Origin: Dimorphilus gyrociliatus
Lineage: Eukaryota > Animalia > Annelida
Direction of reading: 5' to 3'
Length of the DNA: 64,000 nucleotides
Assembly (NCBI GenBank): GCA_904063045.1
Contig: CAJFCJ010000010.1
Location: 1,612,001 to 1,676,000, forward strand
A model generated the notes under the pieces. It searched no databases, was not told the origin of the DNA, and saw only the letters and a program-made list of their open reading frames with translations. The stretch's first letter is position 1. Each line of letters begins with the position of its first letter. This document shows, piece after piece, positions 10,217-21,300 of this stretch. The position numbers and the translations under genes are program-made.

Positions 10217-13200
10217 TTAATTATTAATTAACTCATTAAATGAATATTCATTTAATATAAATTTTAAATTTCCATGATATTTTTTTGCAGTATTTAACAG
10301 ATTTTCTTCGCTTTTCTTTGAAATATTACAATCAGTAATGTAAATTTCCTTTAAATTCTTTCTAAAATCGTTGTTTATGGTATTACAGAGATTAAATATT
10401 ATATTATCGTTAATATAATTTCCAGATATATCTAATATTCTTAAATCGATTAATCTTCTAATAATCTGTAATAACTCGTTAAAGCTAAATATACCAATAT
10501 TACAGTATTGAATATGAAGTTCCTCAATTCTATTACAGTGTTCGGCGATAAAGTGTAGAATGAGGGCTGACAGATCGTCTCCAATTCGATTATGAGAAAT
10601 ATCTAATATCCTTAGGCATTTTAATCTTTGAAATGAGTACTGAAATTGCAAAGAATCGGCTGAATCGATATCGCAATTTGCTAGATATAATTCTTCGATA
10701 TTGTTTAATGAAAATAAAAGATTAAAGGTTAAAGGCGTCTGTAGTTTATTATTGGAAAGATCAATTAATCGTAAGTTGTTGAGAGAAGGTAGAGCTTCGA
10801 ACAGATATACCATTGCAATTGATGTAAATCTATTATTAATTAAAGATACTTCTTCCAGGTTATTATTAAAATCTATTAGAGATTTGAATAAGAATGATGA
10901 TCCTTCATCTTCGAATGGATTTTCGGAAAGGTCGAGTATCTTCAATCGATCAAACAATTTAATATAAATCGATAGAATTTCTGAGCATTTACTAGTTAGA
11001 TTACAATTACAAAGATAAAATTCTTCCAGATTATCAGAATTCATAGATAATATTACCAAAAGCATCTCTAACGTTTCGTTTGTTATACTGCTATTCGATA
11101 AAGATAATATAGCCAATTTTGATTGATTTCCGACTAATTGAGCAAATGTTTCCATTATTACAAATTGATCAAAAGCTGATGATTCAATACGAATTTCGTT
11201 TAAATTACAGTTACGATGTTGTGAATTGAGAAATTCCTTAAAGTTGCAATCTTTATTTTGAGTAACATCAAGTACCTTCAAATAGGATAGACTCTTTATA
11301 GCAATTGATAGACTTTGATCTGATGTCCTTCCAATTTTACAATTACACAGACGAAGCTCCTCTAGGTATATATTGTTAGTGCAAATAGAATCGATAAGTA
11401 ATGCTCCTCCCTCATCTTTAATTGGATTTCGAGAAACATTTAAACATTTCAAACTATCTAAACATTCAATTAGTTTACTTAATTCGTTAATTCCCTCAAA
11501 GCCAATTAAACAATTGTCTATAATTAAAACTTCTAGGCAAAGATTTGACATTTTCATTGATTTGAATAGATAAACTGCACCGTCATTGCCAATTTTATTA
11601 TAAGAGATATCTAATATTCTTAGTTTATGTTGGTTTTTTAAGGCATTACCCAATTTCTTTGCGCCAGACGAATGAAATTTACAAGCTTTTAAATATAATT
11701 CTTGAATATTATTACAAGAGTATGAGATCGATTCAAACAGACTTATTGCTCCCTTTTCTTTTATATCCGTAAATGATAAGTCCAATGTACTTAATTGAAT
11801 TTGATTAGTAAATATTTGATTAAGACTTTTAATTCCATTCTGATTAAGATGACAATTTCTTATATATAAATTTTCTAGATGAGAGAATTCACTAATGATC
11901 TCAAATATCGTTGATGCTCCATTGTTAGCGTTGATTATACTGTTAGAAATATCTAATATTTTCAATAAAGGCTGCATTTTAATCGTTTGTAGAAATTTTT
12001 CCACTTCTGTACAGCCTAAGTAACAGTTTCTTAGGTAAAGTTTCTCCAATTGACCCAATTGATAATTGATAACAAATGGTATTATTAATTCGTAGTTATT
12101 CTCAATAATATTACAAGATAAATCTAATACTTTAAGGTTGTTTAGTGTAGAAATAGCGTCGAATAGTTTGTCGGATGACATCAAACCAAAATTATATCCT
12201 CTTATTGGTAATTGATGGAATTTCGCTTGATATTTTATTAAATATCTATAAAAGTCCGTACGATTAACATTAAAACTATTAATTTTTCTATTAATTATTG
12301 ATAATGTCACTTGAATTCTTTGACGAACGTGTTTAACGCCTTTTAAATACAACTCACAAATATTTCCGTGCTGGATTATCGTTGTCAGTAATTGAGATAT
12401 TTCCTCATCCAGAAAGTAGTTTTCAGATATATCTAAAACATAAAGATTTCTCAATATTTTCATATTTTTAATTAATCTCTTTAATCCAAATATTCCAAAT
12501 TTACAATTTCTAATGAAAAGCTTCTCTAAATTCCTATTATAGTCGGCTAAAGATGTAAATAAGACAAGAGCTCCTTCATCGTCCAATACATTATTAGAAA
12601 CATTTAAAATCTTTAATAGAGGTTGTCTACTAAGCGCTTTGGATAATTTATCGCAAGCCGTTACTCCTAGATTACAAGAATTGAGGTAAATTTCATTCAA
12701 ATCCTTATTATTGTTTGTTAACGAATTGAATAAAATAGATCCACCAGCGTCACCGAGTTTATTAAATGAAACGTCAATAATCTTTAATAACCGTTGCCTC
12801 TTTGTCAATTGAGCTAAACTTTCAATACTATGAATAGTTAAATTACAATTTTGAACGTAAATCTCTTCGAGTAGTTTAACCGAGTTTGTCATCGCTTGAA
12901 ATAAAATTATTAAATCGTTTTCTTTAAAGTTGTTATAAGAAATATTGAATAGCCTTAAATTGATGAACACTTTCGTATAGAATTGTATTGATGACGATTC
13001 CAAATTACGTAATTTGCAATCAACAAAGAAACACTTTCGAAGATTATTATTTGTATTGATAATACTAGATAATAGATTTATCCATCCTTCATTATCTAAT
13101 TTATTATGAGATATATCCAATAAATGTAAATTATGCAATTTTCCACCAATATCCATCAATTTCTTTCCAATTTCGCTTGAAAATCCACAAGTATTTAGGA

Positions 13201-16200
13201 ATAGTTGTTGTATATTTCTTTGATATTTTAATAATGATTTTAAAAGTATTATAATACCTTCATTTTTAACTTTATTATAGGAGATATTCAAGATTTTTAA
13301 ACATTCTATATTCTTTATCCCTTCAACCAGATGATGAATATTGAAATTAGTAAAATTACAATTAGATAGATTTAATTCAATTATTCTAGTTATATATTTT
13401 GATAAGATTTGAAAGATTAAATGAATTCCAGTATTACCAAGATTATTTAATGATAAATCAAGAGTTTTTATATTCTTCCATAAATTAGGATATTCACCAA
13501 GAGATTCTATAATTCTATATTCTAAATTACAATTACTTAAGTATAATTCTTCTATAGTATTGAAATTATTAGAATTATACTTAAATAGGTCAATAAATCC
13601 GTTATTTGTTGTCAAATTATTCGATAAGTTTATAGTTTTTAATATATTTCCATTATTGAATAATATTGATAATGATTTCAATCCGATATCTGTAAAATTA
13701 CATCTTTCTATATAGAATTCCTTTAGTCTTATATTATTCTTGTTGAAATTTGTTGAAAGTAGTTTTATGGCGTCATCTCCGAAAAGATTTCGTGAAATAT
13801 CTAAAGTTGATAGACCATGTAGACTTTCCAATGAACTACAAAGAATTCTTATAAATTCTATATTTAGATTGCACCTATAGAGATATAATTGTTGAAGATT
13901 AATACAACAAGCTCGTAGAACTTTTAGGATAAATGTTGCCCCTTCGTCGCCTATATTGTTGTTTGTTAGAGATAAAATTGATAGATTTCGTTGATTTTTA
14001 ATCGATTGTCCAATATTTATAGCCCCGGCGGAAGTAAATTTACAAGAATTTAGGTTAATCTCTTCTAAATTTTCCAGAAAGTTAATAATTGACAATGAAA
14101 TAATAGAAATACCATTATTCCTTAACGTATTCCTACTCAAATCCAATATTTTTAAGTGTTTCAAATTTTCAATTGCTGCTGATAAATACTTGGCACCTTC
14201 CTCTGTAAAATTGCAGTTTTTCAATCTCAATTCGAGTAAATTCGTACAATATTTCGATAAAACTTTCGACAATATCATTATTCCATCGTCTCTTAAGTCA
14301 TTAAATGATAAATTAAGTAGTTTTAACTGTCTATATTGTTGTATTGAATTAGCAAAGTTTTCTATACCGTTAAATCCAATATTGATGTTTGATAGGTTTA
14401 ATTCTTCAAGGAATATAGGCCTATCGTTAATAAATGCGAATAAATCTAAAATACCAGAATCAGAAATAAGATTTTCAGATAAATGAATCGATTTAATATT
14501 TGGCAGATAATTAATTAACTTATTAATATGGCAAATGTCAACATCAGCAATTCTACAATCTGTTATGTTTAATTCATTTATATTGTAATGATTCTCCATT
14601 AATTCCAGAGTTGAATTCCAACTTTTATCATTCATATTACTTTTAGTAAAATCTAAAGATTTAATATTAGGATAATTATTAAGAATTGTAATTAGCGAAT
14701 TCTTATCAATTTTGCACCAGTTTAGACAATGGATTGTTAATTTATCATCAAACAGTCTAAGATTAATATCATTATTTTGCAGTGTAAAATTTCTTAAATT
14801 GTTACAACTGCAAAGTAAACTTGTGATTGTTTTTAGGGGAAAATCACATATTATTTCCAAAGTACTTAAGGTTTTGGTTAATTTTCCATCGGCCATTTTA
14901 ATAAAGTTATCCCAGTCGAGTTCTATATTAATTAGACATAATTTTTGTATAATAAACCAATATCTTTCAATTATTAATTGAATAATCGATATTGATAAGA
15001 TTTCATGCTTTATAGTGATTGTATTATTATTAGGACCATTGTTAATGATGGATCCTATTCCGTCGCTAACATTCTCTAACGCTTTTACAACGTCCGGCTT
15101 TCTCGTAACAATCTCTTCGTAGACGGAAAAATCAAGAGCTTTAACGAATTTTAGAACGTTTAACATTCTATATAAATTTCCATTTACATCCAATAGACTT
15201 TGGATATTGGTCGAGAATTCATGACGTCCTCCTGTACACATTTCCAGAACATGGGATAATCTACTTCCAGACGATCTCTTCTTCATCTCATTTATTATAT
15301 ATTTGGCTGCAAAATATTCTTGTATTGACAGATGAAAAAATTGAAATTCCTCAATTGACGATGGTCTCTCTGTTGTATATTTAATATTAATAACTCTTAA
15401 AAGACCTCCAAGGCATTCAGTAACGTATTTTAAATGATGAATACTCTTATTAGATTCAAGGACTATACGATCATTTCCTAAATGTTTGAACGCCAATTCG
15501 CAACAGTACTGAAAGGCCAATTTAAATTCTTTAGTTTCCCTATTGACATTTCTCTTAAAGCAGAGAATCTTAATGAATTGATCATATATTAAAAAATGAT
15601 TCTCAACAATATTATGATTTTCTTCCTCCTTCCAAACCAACCAGACTAAAAGCGCTATTAAAGGCGTTGAACAGGTTTTAAATAGGTCCATATTGTTATT
15701 TTTTAAATAATCAACTAATTCGTTACCTCTATTTTCATTTAAGCATTTTCTATAGTAGATTAACAATTGGTTTTCGTCAAATCCGCACAACTGGAAGATA
15801 AAATCGTAGGTTACATCAATACGGTGAGCTTTCCATTCTCTAGACCAGACAACAATAGTAAATGATGAAAAGGAATTTTCTCTATTTTCAAGAATTGAAT
15901 GAATTTCGTTATCAATTATATGGAATTCATCGGCACCGTCTAAAAATAGTACGATATTTGATTTCATATTTATTTTTAACAAATAGTTGAGCGTCTCTTT
16001 ATCTAACCATTCTATATGAATAAAATTTTGTTCCCAGATAGCGTCTAAAAGTGATTGACCTCTTCTGACCTTTCTTAATAATATAACTAAAACTATGTCT
16101 ATTTGGTTTGTATTTAAATGATTATTTATCCATTGATTAACCAATCTTTTCATATGTACAGTTTTACCAATACCAGGTGGACCCCTTATTATAATTCTAT

Positions 16201-16717
16201 TTCCTCTACTCGAGATAATAGATAAAAGGAAGTTGTCAACATCCTCTAGATATTCAATATGACCTTCTTCGTCCGTTAGATTCTTATCAATTCTAATTAG
16301 AGTCATAGGTGTCAGAATCTTATCAATGGGTATAGCATTTTCATCATCAAACGGCGATATAGATATAGTTGAATAATCAATTTTAAACTTTTCCTTCATT
16401 CGCTCAATTACTCTTTCCCACGTTCTACTTATTTCGGAGGTTAACTTTAAACATTGCTCAGAGCCTAAACTATGCAGACAGTTTAAAATTACAGCAGTAT
16501 CGTTACAGGCAATAATACGAAATAATTCTTCAAATAGATTATCCTTAATTTCCTTTATTTTATTAATTTCGTATTGAAATTTTTCTTTATGATTGATCGT
16601 TAAAATATTCCATTCAATTAAACTTGAACAAAAACGTTCAAAAGTTACAATATCCTTTAATAATTCTTTAAAATTCCTTTTATATATCTTTAATAAATGA
16701 TTTTGAGTGATATCCAT
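10217..16717 (-). CDS. Intronless NACHT-LRR (NLR-like) protein 2, 2166 aa: N-terminal helical domain + NACHT + ~50 RI-type LRRs
   Basis: Single 6.5-kb ORF. Walker A GPPGIGKT, Walker B IVLFLDGADEF, CSTPLIAL, FFHLSIQEYFAA, then ~1570 aa of LxxLxLSxN / LxxLxLxxC repeats. Clear paralogue of the gene at 5233-9882. Confidence 0.92.
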   Translation of the reverse strand: MDITQNHLLKIYKRNFKELLKDIVTFERFCSSLIEWNILTINHKEKFQYEINKIKEIKDNLFEELFRIIACNDTAVILNCLHSLGSEQCLKLTSEISRTWERVIERMKEKFKIDYSTISISPFDDENAIPIDKILTPMTLIRIDKNLTDEEGHIEYLEDVDNFLLSIISSRGNRIIIRGPPGIGKTVHMKRLVNQWINNHLNTNQIDIVLVILLRKVRRGQSLLDAIWEQNFIHIEWLDKETLNYLLKINMKSNIVLFLDGADEFHIIDNEIHSILENRENSFSSFTIVVWSREWKAHRIDVTYDFIFQLCGFDENQLLIYYRKCLNENRGNELVDYLKNNNMDLFKTCSTPLIALLVWLVWKEEENHNIVENHFLIYDQFIKILCFKRNVNRETKEFKLAFQYCCELAFKHLGNDRIVLESNKSIHHLKYVTECLGGLLRVINIKYTTERPSSIEEFQFFHLSIQEYFAAKYIINEMKKRSSGSRLSHVLEMCTGGRHEFSTNIQSLLDVNGNLYRMLNVLKFVKALDFSVYEEIVTRKPDVVKALENVSDGIGSIINNGPNNNTITIKHEILSISIIQLIIERYWFIIQKLCLINIELDWDNFIKMADGKLTKTLSTLEIICDFPLKTITSLLCSCNNLRNFTLQNNDINLRLFDDKLTIHCLNWCKIDKNSLITILNNYPNIKSLDFTKSNMNDKSWNSTLELMENHYNINELNITDCRIADVDICHINKLINYLPNIKSIHLSENLISDSGILDLFAFINDRPIFLEELNLSNINIGFNGIENFANSIQQYRQLKLLNLSFNDLRDDGIMILSKVLSKYCTNLLELRLKNCNFTEEGAKYLSAAIENLKHLKILDLSRNTLRNNGISIISLSIINFLENLEEINLNSCKFTSAGAINIGQSIKNQRNLSILSLTNNNIGDEGATFILKVLRACCINLQQLYLYRCNLNIEFIRILCSSLESLHGLSTLDISRNLFGDDAIKLLSTNFNKNNIRLKEFYIERCNFTDIGLKSLSILFNNGNILKTINLSNNLTTNNGFIDLFKYNSNNFNTIEELYLSNCNLEYRIIESLGEYPNLWKNIKTLDLSLNNLGNTGIHLIFQILSKYITRIIELNLSNCNFTNFNIHHLVEGIKNIECLKILNISYNKVKNEGIIILLKSLLKYQRNIQQLFLNTCGFSSEIGKKLMDIGGKLHNLHLLDISHNKLDNEGWINLLSSIINTNNNLRKCFFVDCKLRNLESSSIQFYTKVFINLRLFNISYNNFKENDLIILFQAMTNSVKLLEEIYVQNCNLTIHSIESLAQLTKRQRLLKIIDVSFNKLGDAGGSILFNSLTNNNKDLNEIYLNSCNLGVTACDKLSKALSRQPLLKILNVSNNVLDDEGALVLFTSLADYNRNLEKLFIRNCKFGIFGLKRLIKNMKILRNLYVLDISENYFLDEEISQLLTTIIQHGNICELYLKGVKHVRQRIQVTLSIINRKINSFNVNRTDFYRYLIKYQAKFHQLPIRGYNFGLMSSDKLFDAISTLNNLKVLDLSCNIIENNYELIIPFVINYQLGQLEKLYLRNCYLGCTEVEKFLQTIKMQPLLKILDISNSIINANNGASTIFEIISEFSHLENLYIRNCHLNQNGIKSLNQIFTNQIQLSTLDLSFTDIKEKGAISLFESISYSCNNIQELYLKACKFHSSGAKKLGNALKNQHKLRILDISYNKIGNDGAVYLFKSMKMSNLCLEVLIIDNCLIGFEGINELSKLIECLDSLKCLNVSRNPIKDEGGALLIDSICTNNIYLEELRLCNCKIGRTSDQSLSIAIKSLSYLKVLDVTQNKDCNFKEFLNSQHRNCNLNEIRIESSAFDQFVIMETFAQLVGNQSKLAILSLSNSSITNETLEMLLVILSMNSDNLEEFYLCNCNLTSKCSEILSIYIKLFDRLKILDLSENPFEDEGSSFLFKSLIDFNNNLEEVSLINNRFTSIAMVYLFEALPSLNNLRLIDLSNNKLQTPLTFNLLFSLNNIEELYLANCDIDSADSLQFQYSFQRLKCLRILDISHNRIGDDLSALILHFIAEHCNRIEELHIQYCNIGIFSFNELLQIIRRLIDLRILDISGNYINDNIIFNLCNTINNDFRKNLKEIYITDCNISKKSEENLLNTAKKYHGNLKFILNEYSFNELINN

Positions 16718-18265
16718 CGCGTTCGCTCAAAGACAAATATCATTCCACAGTCGTTAATAAACAATCTAAAAGCGAAGGGGAGAGAGGGCGGGGGAAAGAA
16801 GGAGCCATAATCTGTAGTATATTACTAGGCCTGAGTTAGTCCAAATACGTGATTCTACTAGTTATTTACGTGATTTATGTCGTATTATTGATTCCTTTTT
16901 TATTAATTATTATGATTATGGAATAATTAATCATTTCTATCAATAATTAATAAAATTTTTTCATTATTTTCAACTTTTATTCATTCTATTAACAGTTTAC
17001 ATAACATAAATACTGTTATATTTATAATTAGATAACCTGCTCTTTATAGAAGAAGAGGAGGAGCAGCAGCAGCAGATAAAGATATTTACACCATTTTGCT
17101 TTTTCTCATTCTCTCTTGAACACAAATCAAAAACAAAACAAACAAACAATAATAAAAACAAATAATATTTGCTTTTCTTTGTTTTCTCATAGTTTAAACA
17201 GATTCTCTGTCTCTTTCCCTTGAACAAACTAGTTTGAAAAGTGAAAGTAATGTTTGAAAGTTTGTACTATAACTGTTATATTTTTTAATTAAAGATAAAA
17301 AGATATGTTTATGATATTTATACTATTTTTTTCCATCTCGAAATTGTATATAACATATAAAGAAATCAATAAGAAATATACTGTATCAGGACAAAAATGT
17401 ACTTAAAAAATGTTTACAATGCAAAACATTACTAGACGATCATGCAAATTTAAAAGAAAAGTAAAAGAATTCTTGAAAAACTCTTGCGCAACTTTGGCAC
17501 AAATAATTGAAAAAAAAATAAAAAATCAGTTAAAACATAAACAAAGAGAATACTAGGCTAGACGCTTCAATTATAAACAGATACATCTAGAAAATTCAAA
17601 TACAGAAATCCTACATTTTTGAACGTTCGTATTTTTCCTTTGTGAAACTATATAATCATTCATTTTACTTTTGGTTCGATTAAGAATATTCATAATTGAT
17701 TAAATATATAATAAACATAAGAGTATTTTCATAAAAAAATACCAAAACAAACAATGTTTTCGGAGACAAAAAATAATCATATGAGATATTTTGTACAAAT
17801 CAAAAATTGATCATTTTTGTTTTTTAAAAGAAACAACAAAAGATATAAAAAAGTCTTTTTATCTTTCCTTTTTTCTTTCTTTCAGAGATCTTTCTTTTGA
17901 AAAAGGAATAAAAACAATCGATAAAAAAGAAATAGAGAGCCATAACGAAGAATAAAGATAAAACTGAATATGTAGGCGACAAGACCTTTTTTTTGATATT
18001 TCATTCATCGTTTTCTCTTCTTCTTTCATTTTGATTTAAAAATGAAGAGAAAAAATAAAAAATGCCTTAGTTTTTTTCCTGTTATTTGGATACTGAACAT
18101 TTTAAAGTTCATGTTGATTGAAAGAGAATAAAAGAAGAAAAATAAAGTAAAAGGAAGAGTTTAAATTGATTTTTTTTTTAATTTTTTGACATTTTCCTTC
18201 TGAAGTAAAGTTTGCTAATCAAGTTTTCTCCTTTAAGTCTCAACTGCGAGTAAAGAAACTAAAAC

Positions 18266-18288
18266 ATATATATATATATATATATATA
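18266..18288. repeat. (AT)n microsatellite
   Basis: Direct reading; lies 3' of the SRGAP stop. Confidence 0.9.
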
Positions 18289-18366
18289 CATGCGTGTATA
18301 TATAAACCTAATTATATACATATACCTATATTTATCGAGAAAAAAGTTTTGAACAAACAATACATT

Positions 18367-21300
18367 CTAAACGTTTGATTCGTCTCCTCCATCTGGAGGT
18401 GTAAGACTTTTACTCTTCCCCAAAGAAGGCTTAGCCTTTATCGGAGGCTTTGGTTTAACTGGTTTAATAGCAGCTATAGGCTCTTCAGGTTCGTCTTCGT
18501 CGTCCTTAACTTCGACGCTATCTACACTATGACCTTTTTTAATGGTTCCTGTTTGTGTACAAGCAAAAGCCTCGGCCGCTGAAGTAATACCATCGTTTCT
18601 TTTGGGTAAGTCTAAAACTAAATCGGGCGTGCGTCTCTCCTCGGCTGCCTCTAATTGCTCGTCGATATTCGGTTCTTCCATACTATCAACATCGGAGGAG
18701 GTGGACGACGAGGAAACGTTTTCTTCTTCGTCGCCTTCTGATTTAACATTTGCTACCTTAACAGGTTTAAAATCGCCTGATAATCGAAAATCCGCCGATA
18801 AGGAAGATTTTCTAACTATGTAGTTTGCCGGAATAAGACCCTTTCTACCTTTAAAAGACCCTCGCCACCATTCATCCGACGCTTTATTATAGACGGTTAA
18901 TGAGGCACCTTTCGAAAAGGTTAGTTCCAAAGAGGTTCGTCCTGTGAAATCATACAAGGCAGTCATTTCCAATCCCGAATCACGTTCAGTAGAGCTTTCT
19001 TCTACAGAGAGATCATTAACCTCTTCTTCGTCATTATCGGAAACATTATCGGTTGTATCATCCCTAAAGAAATAAACATAAACAGAGTCAATTAGTACGT
19101 TGCGTACGTCGTTAATAAACAGAACAAGTTACACTTTGATATACATTATACTGTATATACTAATATAACATTTGTCAACCTATATGCACAGAAACGAAGA
19201 CGGGAAAAAAGAATAAATATATCAATTATCTTACCGAACAGTCATCATAAATTTATTGTATAATTCCCCACCTTCCTGGGGGAATATGGCTTGATTATGT
19301 ATAATTATGCTCTTGATTAACTCATTAACAGGGCCACGAAAGTGTACTTGATCCTTATCGTGTGGAACTGGAAAAAGTGTAGGTCCCAAGCATATGGCTA
19401 AATTCGACGGATCCATCATATTTTCATCGCTGTACTCCGATAAATGACTAAAGAAAGCAAATAGGTATCTCATCACGACTAGGACAGGCCTTGGAAGGGC
19501 AGTTGTTAGGAGATCGTGTAGTTGGGGAATAATATCAGCCGATTTAGAGCAGCTGATTAACTGATCAAAAAGTATTGGAGGGAAAAGAGCTTCCCTCAGT
19601 TCCCTGATATATAATTTCAACACTCCGGCAACGGAATTGATATCTTTACCGTCATTTACATCGGCTAAAGGATCTTCGCCCCTTTCGAAGGCGTTTCGGA
19701 ATTCATTGATTTCCAATTGGGCTCCAGGAACCCTGAATATACCTTGGTGATGTAAACCAAACTTAACTATAACTCGTATACAACTTCTAATAACTAATGG
19801 TATATCATCTCCAACAGCTTCAACATACTCTTCGATAGTTCCACCGAACAGTTTAAGAGGCTTATTGAATATGCTTTTGCGGAATGGTCTACTTTTTGGC
19901 TTTGGGGGTAACTCTTTGAACGGTCCTTGAGTCGGCGTCTTTTCTCCTACGGATTTTTGTAAACAAGCGTGCTTAGCTTCTAGTCTCGTCATTAAATTTA
20001 TATTAATCAAGTACTCTTCTAATCTCTTTAAGTAGAATTCTTCCTGCTCTAATCTATCGTTTCTGCGTTTTTGATAATTGCAGTTTTGTTTATTAACTAG
20101 TTCGGCATTATCACCCAAAACATCCATTGCTTCTTGGTCGACGTCATCGACGAAAATCTTACTCAATGAATGCTCTGTAGCCTCTAGAGTTTTCCAAATC
20201 TCTTCTGTACATAATTTTAGCGAATCGATACGCTCCCTAAGGGACCTGGCGCGTTCGATTAGATCGTCGTCCGCTTGTGCTATTGCAGGCGACAAATCAT
20301 CGTCTACATGACGTTGAAAATCGAAGGGAGGTGGAACAGCGAAAATTGGACGAAAGTTGTCCTTCAGCACCTGCAGTTCCTTTTGAGTGTCAATTTCAGT
20401 GGCGCATTTCTTTAATTCATCATTACATATCATTTGTTGCTGACAGGCCTATAAAAAATATTTAATATATTAACTCAGTGCATATATATATATATATATA
20501 GTATATATATTTATAAATAATGCTATAATTGAATAGTCTAAATATAGAAGAAAATTGAGGGAATATGATGGCAAGGCTATCTATTCCTAAATTTTCCAAC
20601 AGTTTTACGTCAAACGTTCCTAAGAACATAAAGAAGAAATGGAAAACGTCTATATTAGATGATTTTAATTGAGTATTTAATTTTCTTTCAAATATCATCT
20701 TTTTTATCTATCGCACTCATAGATATTATTAAAATAAGATTGTATTTTTATAGTCTAAAAGCTATTTTTAAAAATATATACACTACATATTTACATAAAA
20801 ATTATTATAACGTTAGAGACCATTAACCCTTCTAGCCGTAGTTTTCGCCCTGCATTAGGTCTTTATAGATCTCTAGAGATATGGAATAGTCATAGAAGGG
20901 TTGAAGGGGAAAGGTCCCTACCCCTTAAGATTATTATACTAACCTGTTCGCCACAGGAGACGTGAAGGAGGAAAATATTCCTTAAAGAAGCGTGATAGCC
21001 ATGGTCCATTGTATCGATTAAATCGTAAATGTCGGACACATAAAAGCGTTTAATAGCAGCATTAGCGGCTTCAACACATAGCATATATTCATTTCGAGCC
21101 CTTACAGCAGCCTTTCTCTGCTCTGAATATTTTCTTTCCTTCTTTTCGGTTGTTTTCGCCAATTGTTTAGACTTTTTACTACTGCTACTCTTTAATTTTT
21201 CCTTTTTAACACTTTCTAATTTAACTTCGGCATTCTTAAAGTTCTGTACAAAAAAGAAAAAACACAACATTATTAGTTTACAATTAATAGTAACGAATTT

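Noticed and set aside
5678-14981. Short plus-strand ORFs inside the NLR genes (5678, 7019, 7271, 7727, 10701, 11373, 14190, 14712)
   Set aside because: They are antisense shadows of long repetitive AT-rich coding sequence, with no recognisable motifs.
16997-17227. 76-aa ORF and graded triplet run (AGA)(GGA)(GCA) at ~17048-17075
   Set aside because: Low-complexity with no homology; most simply part of the SRGAP 3' UTR or intergenic DNA.
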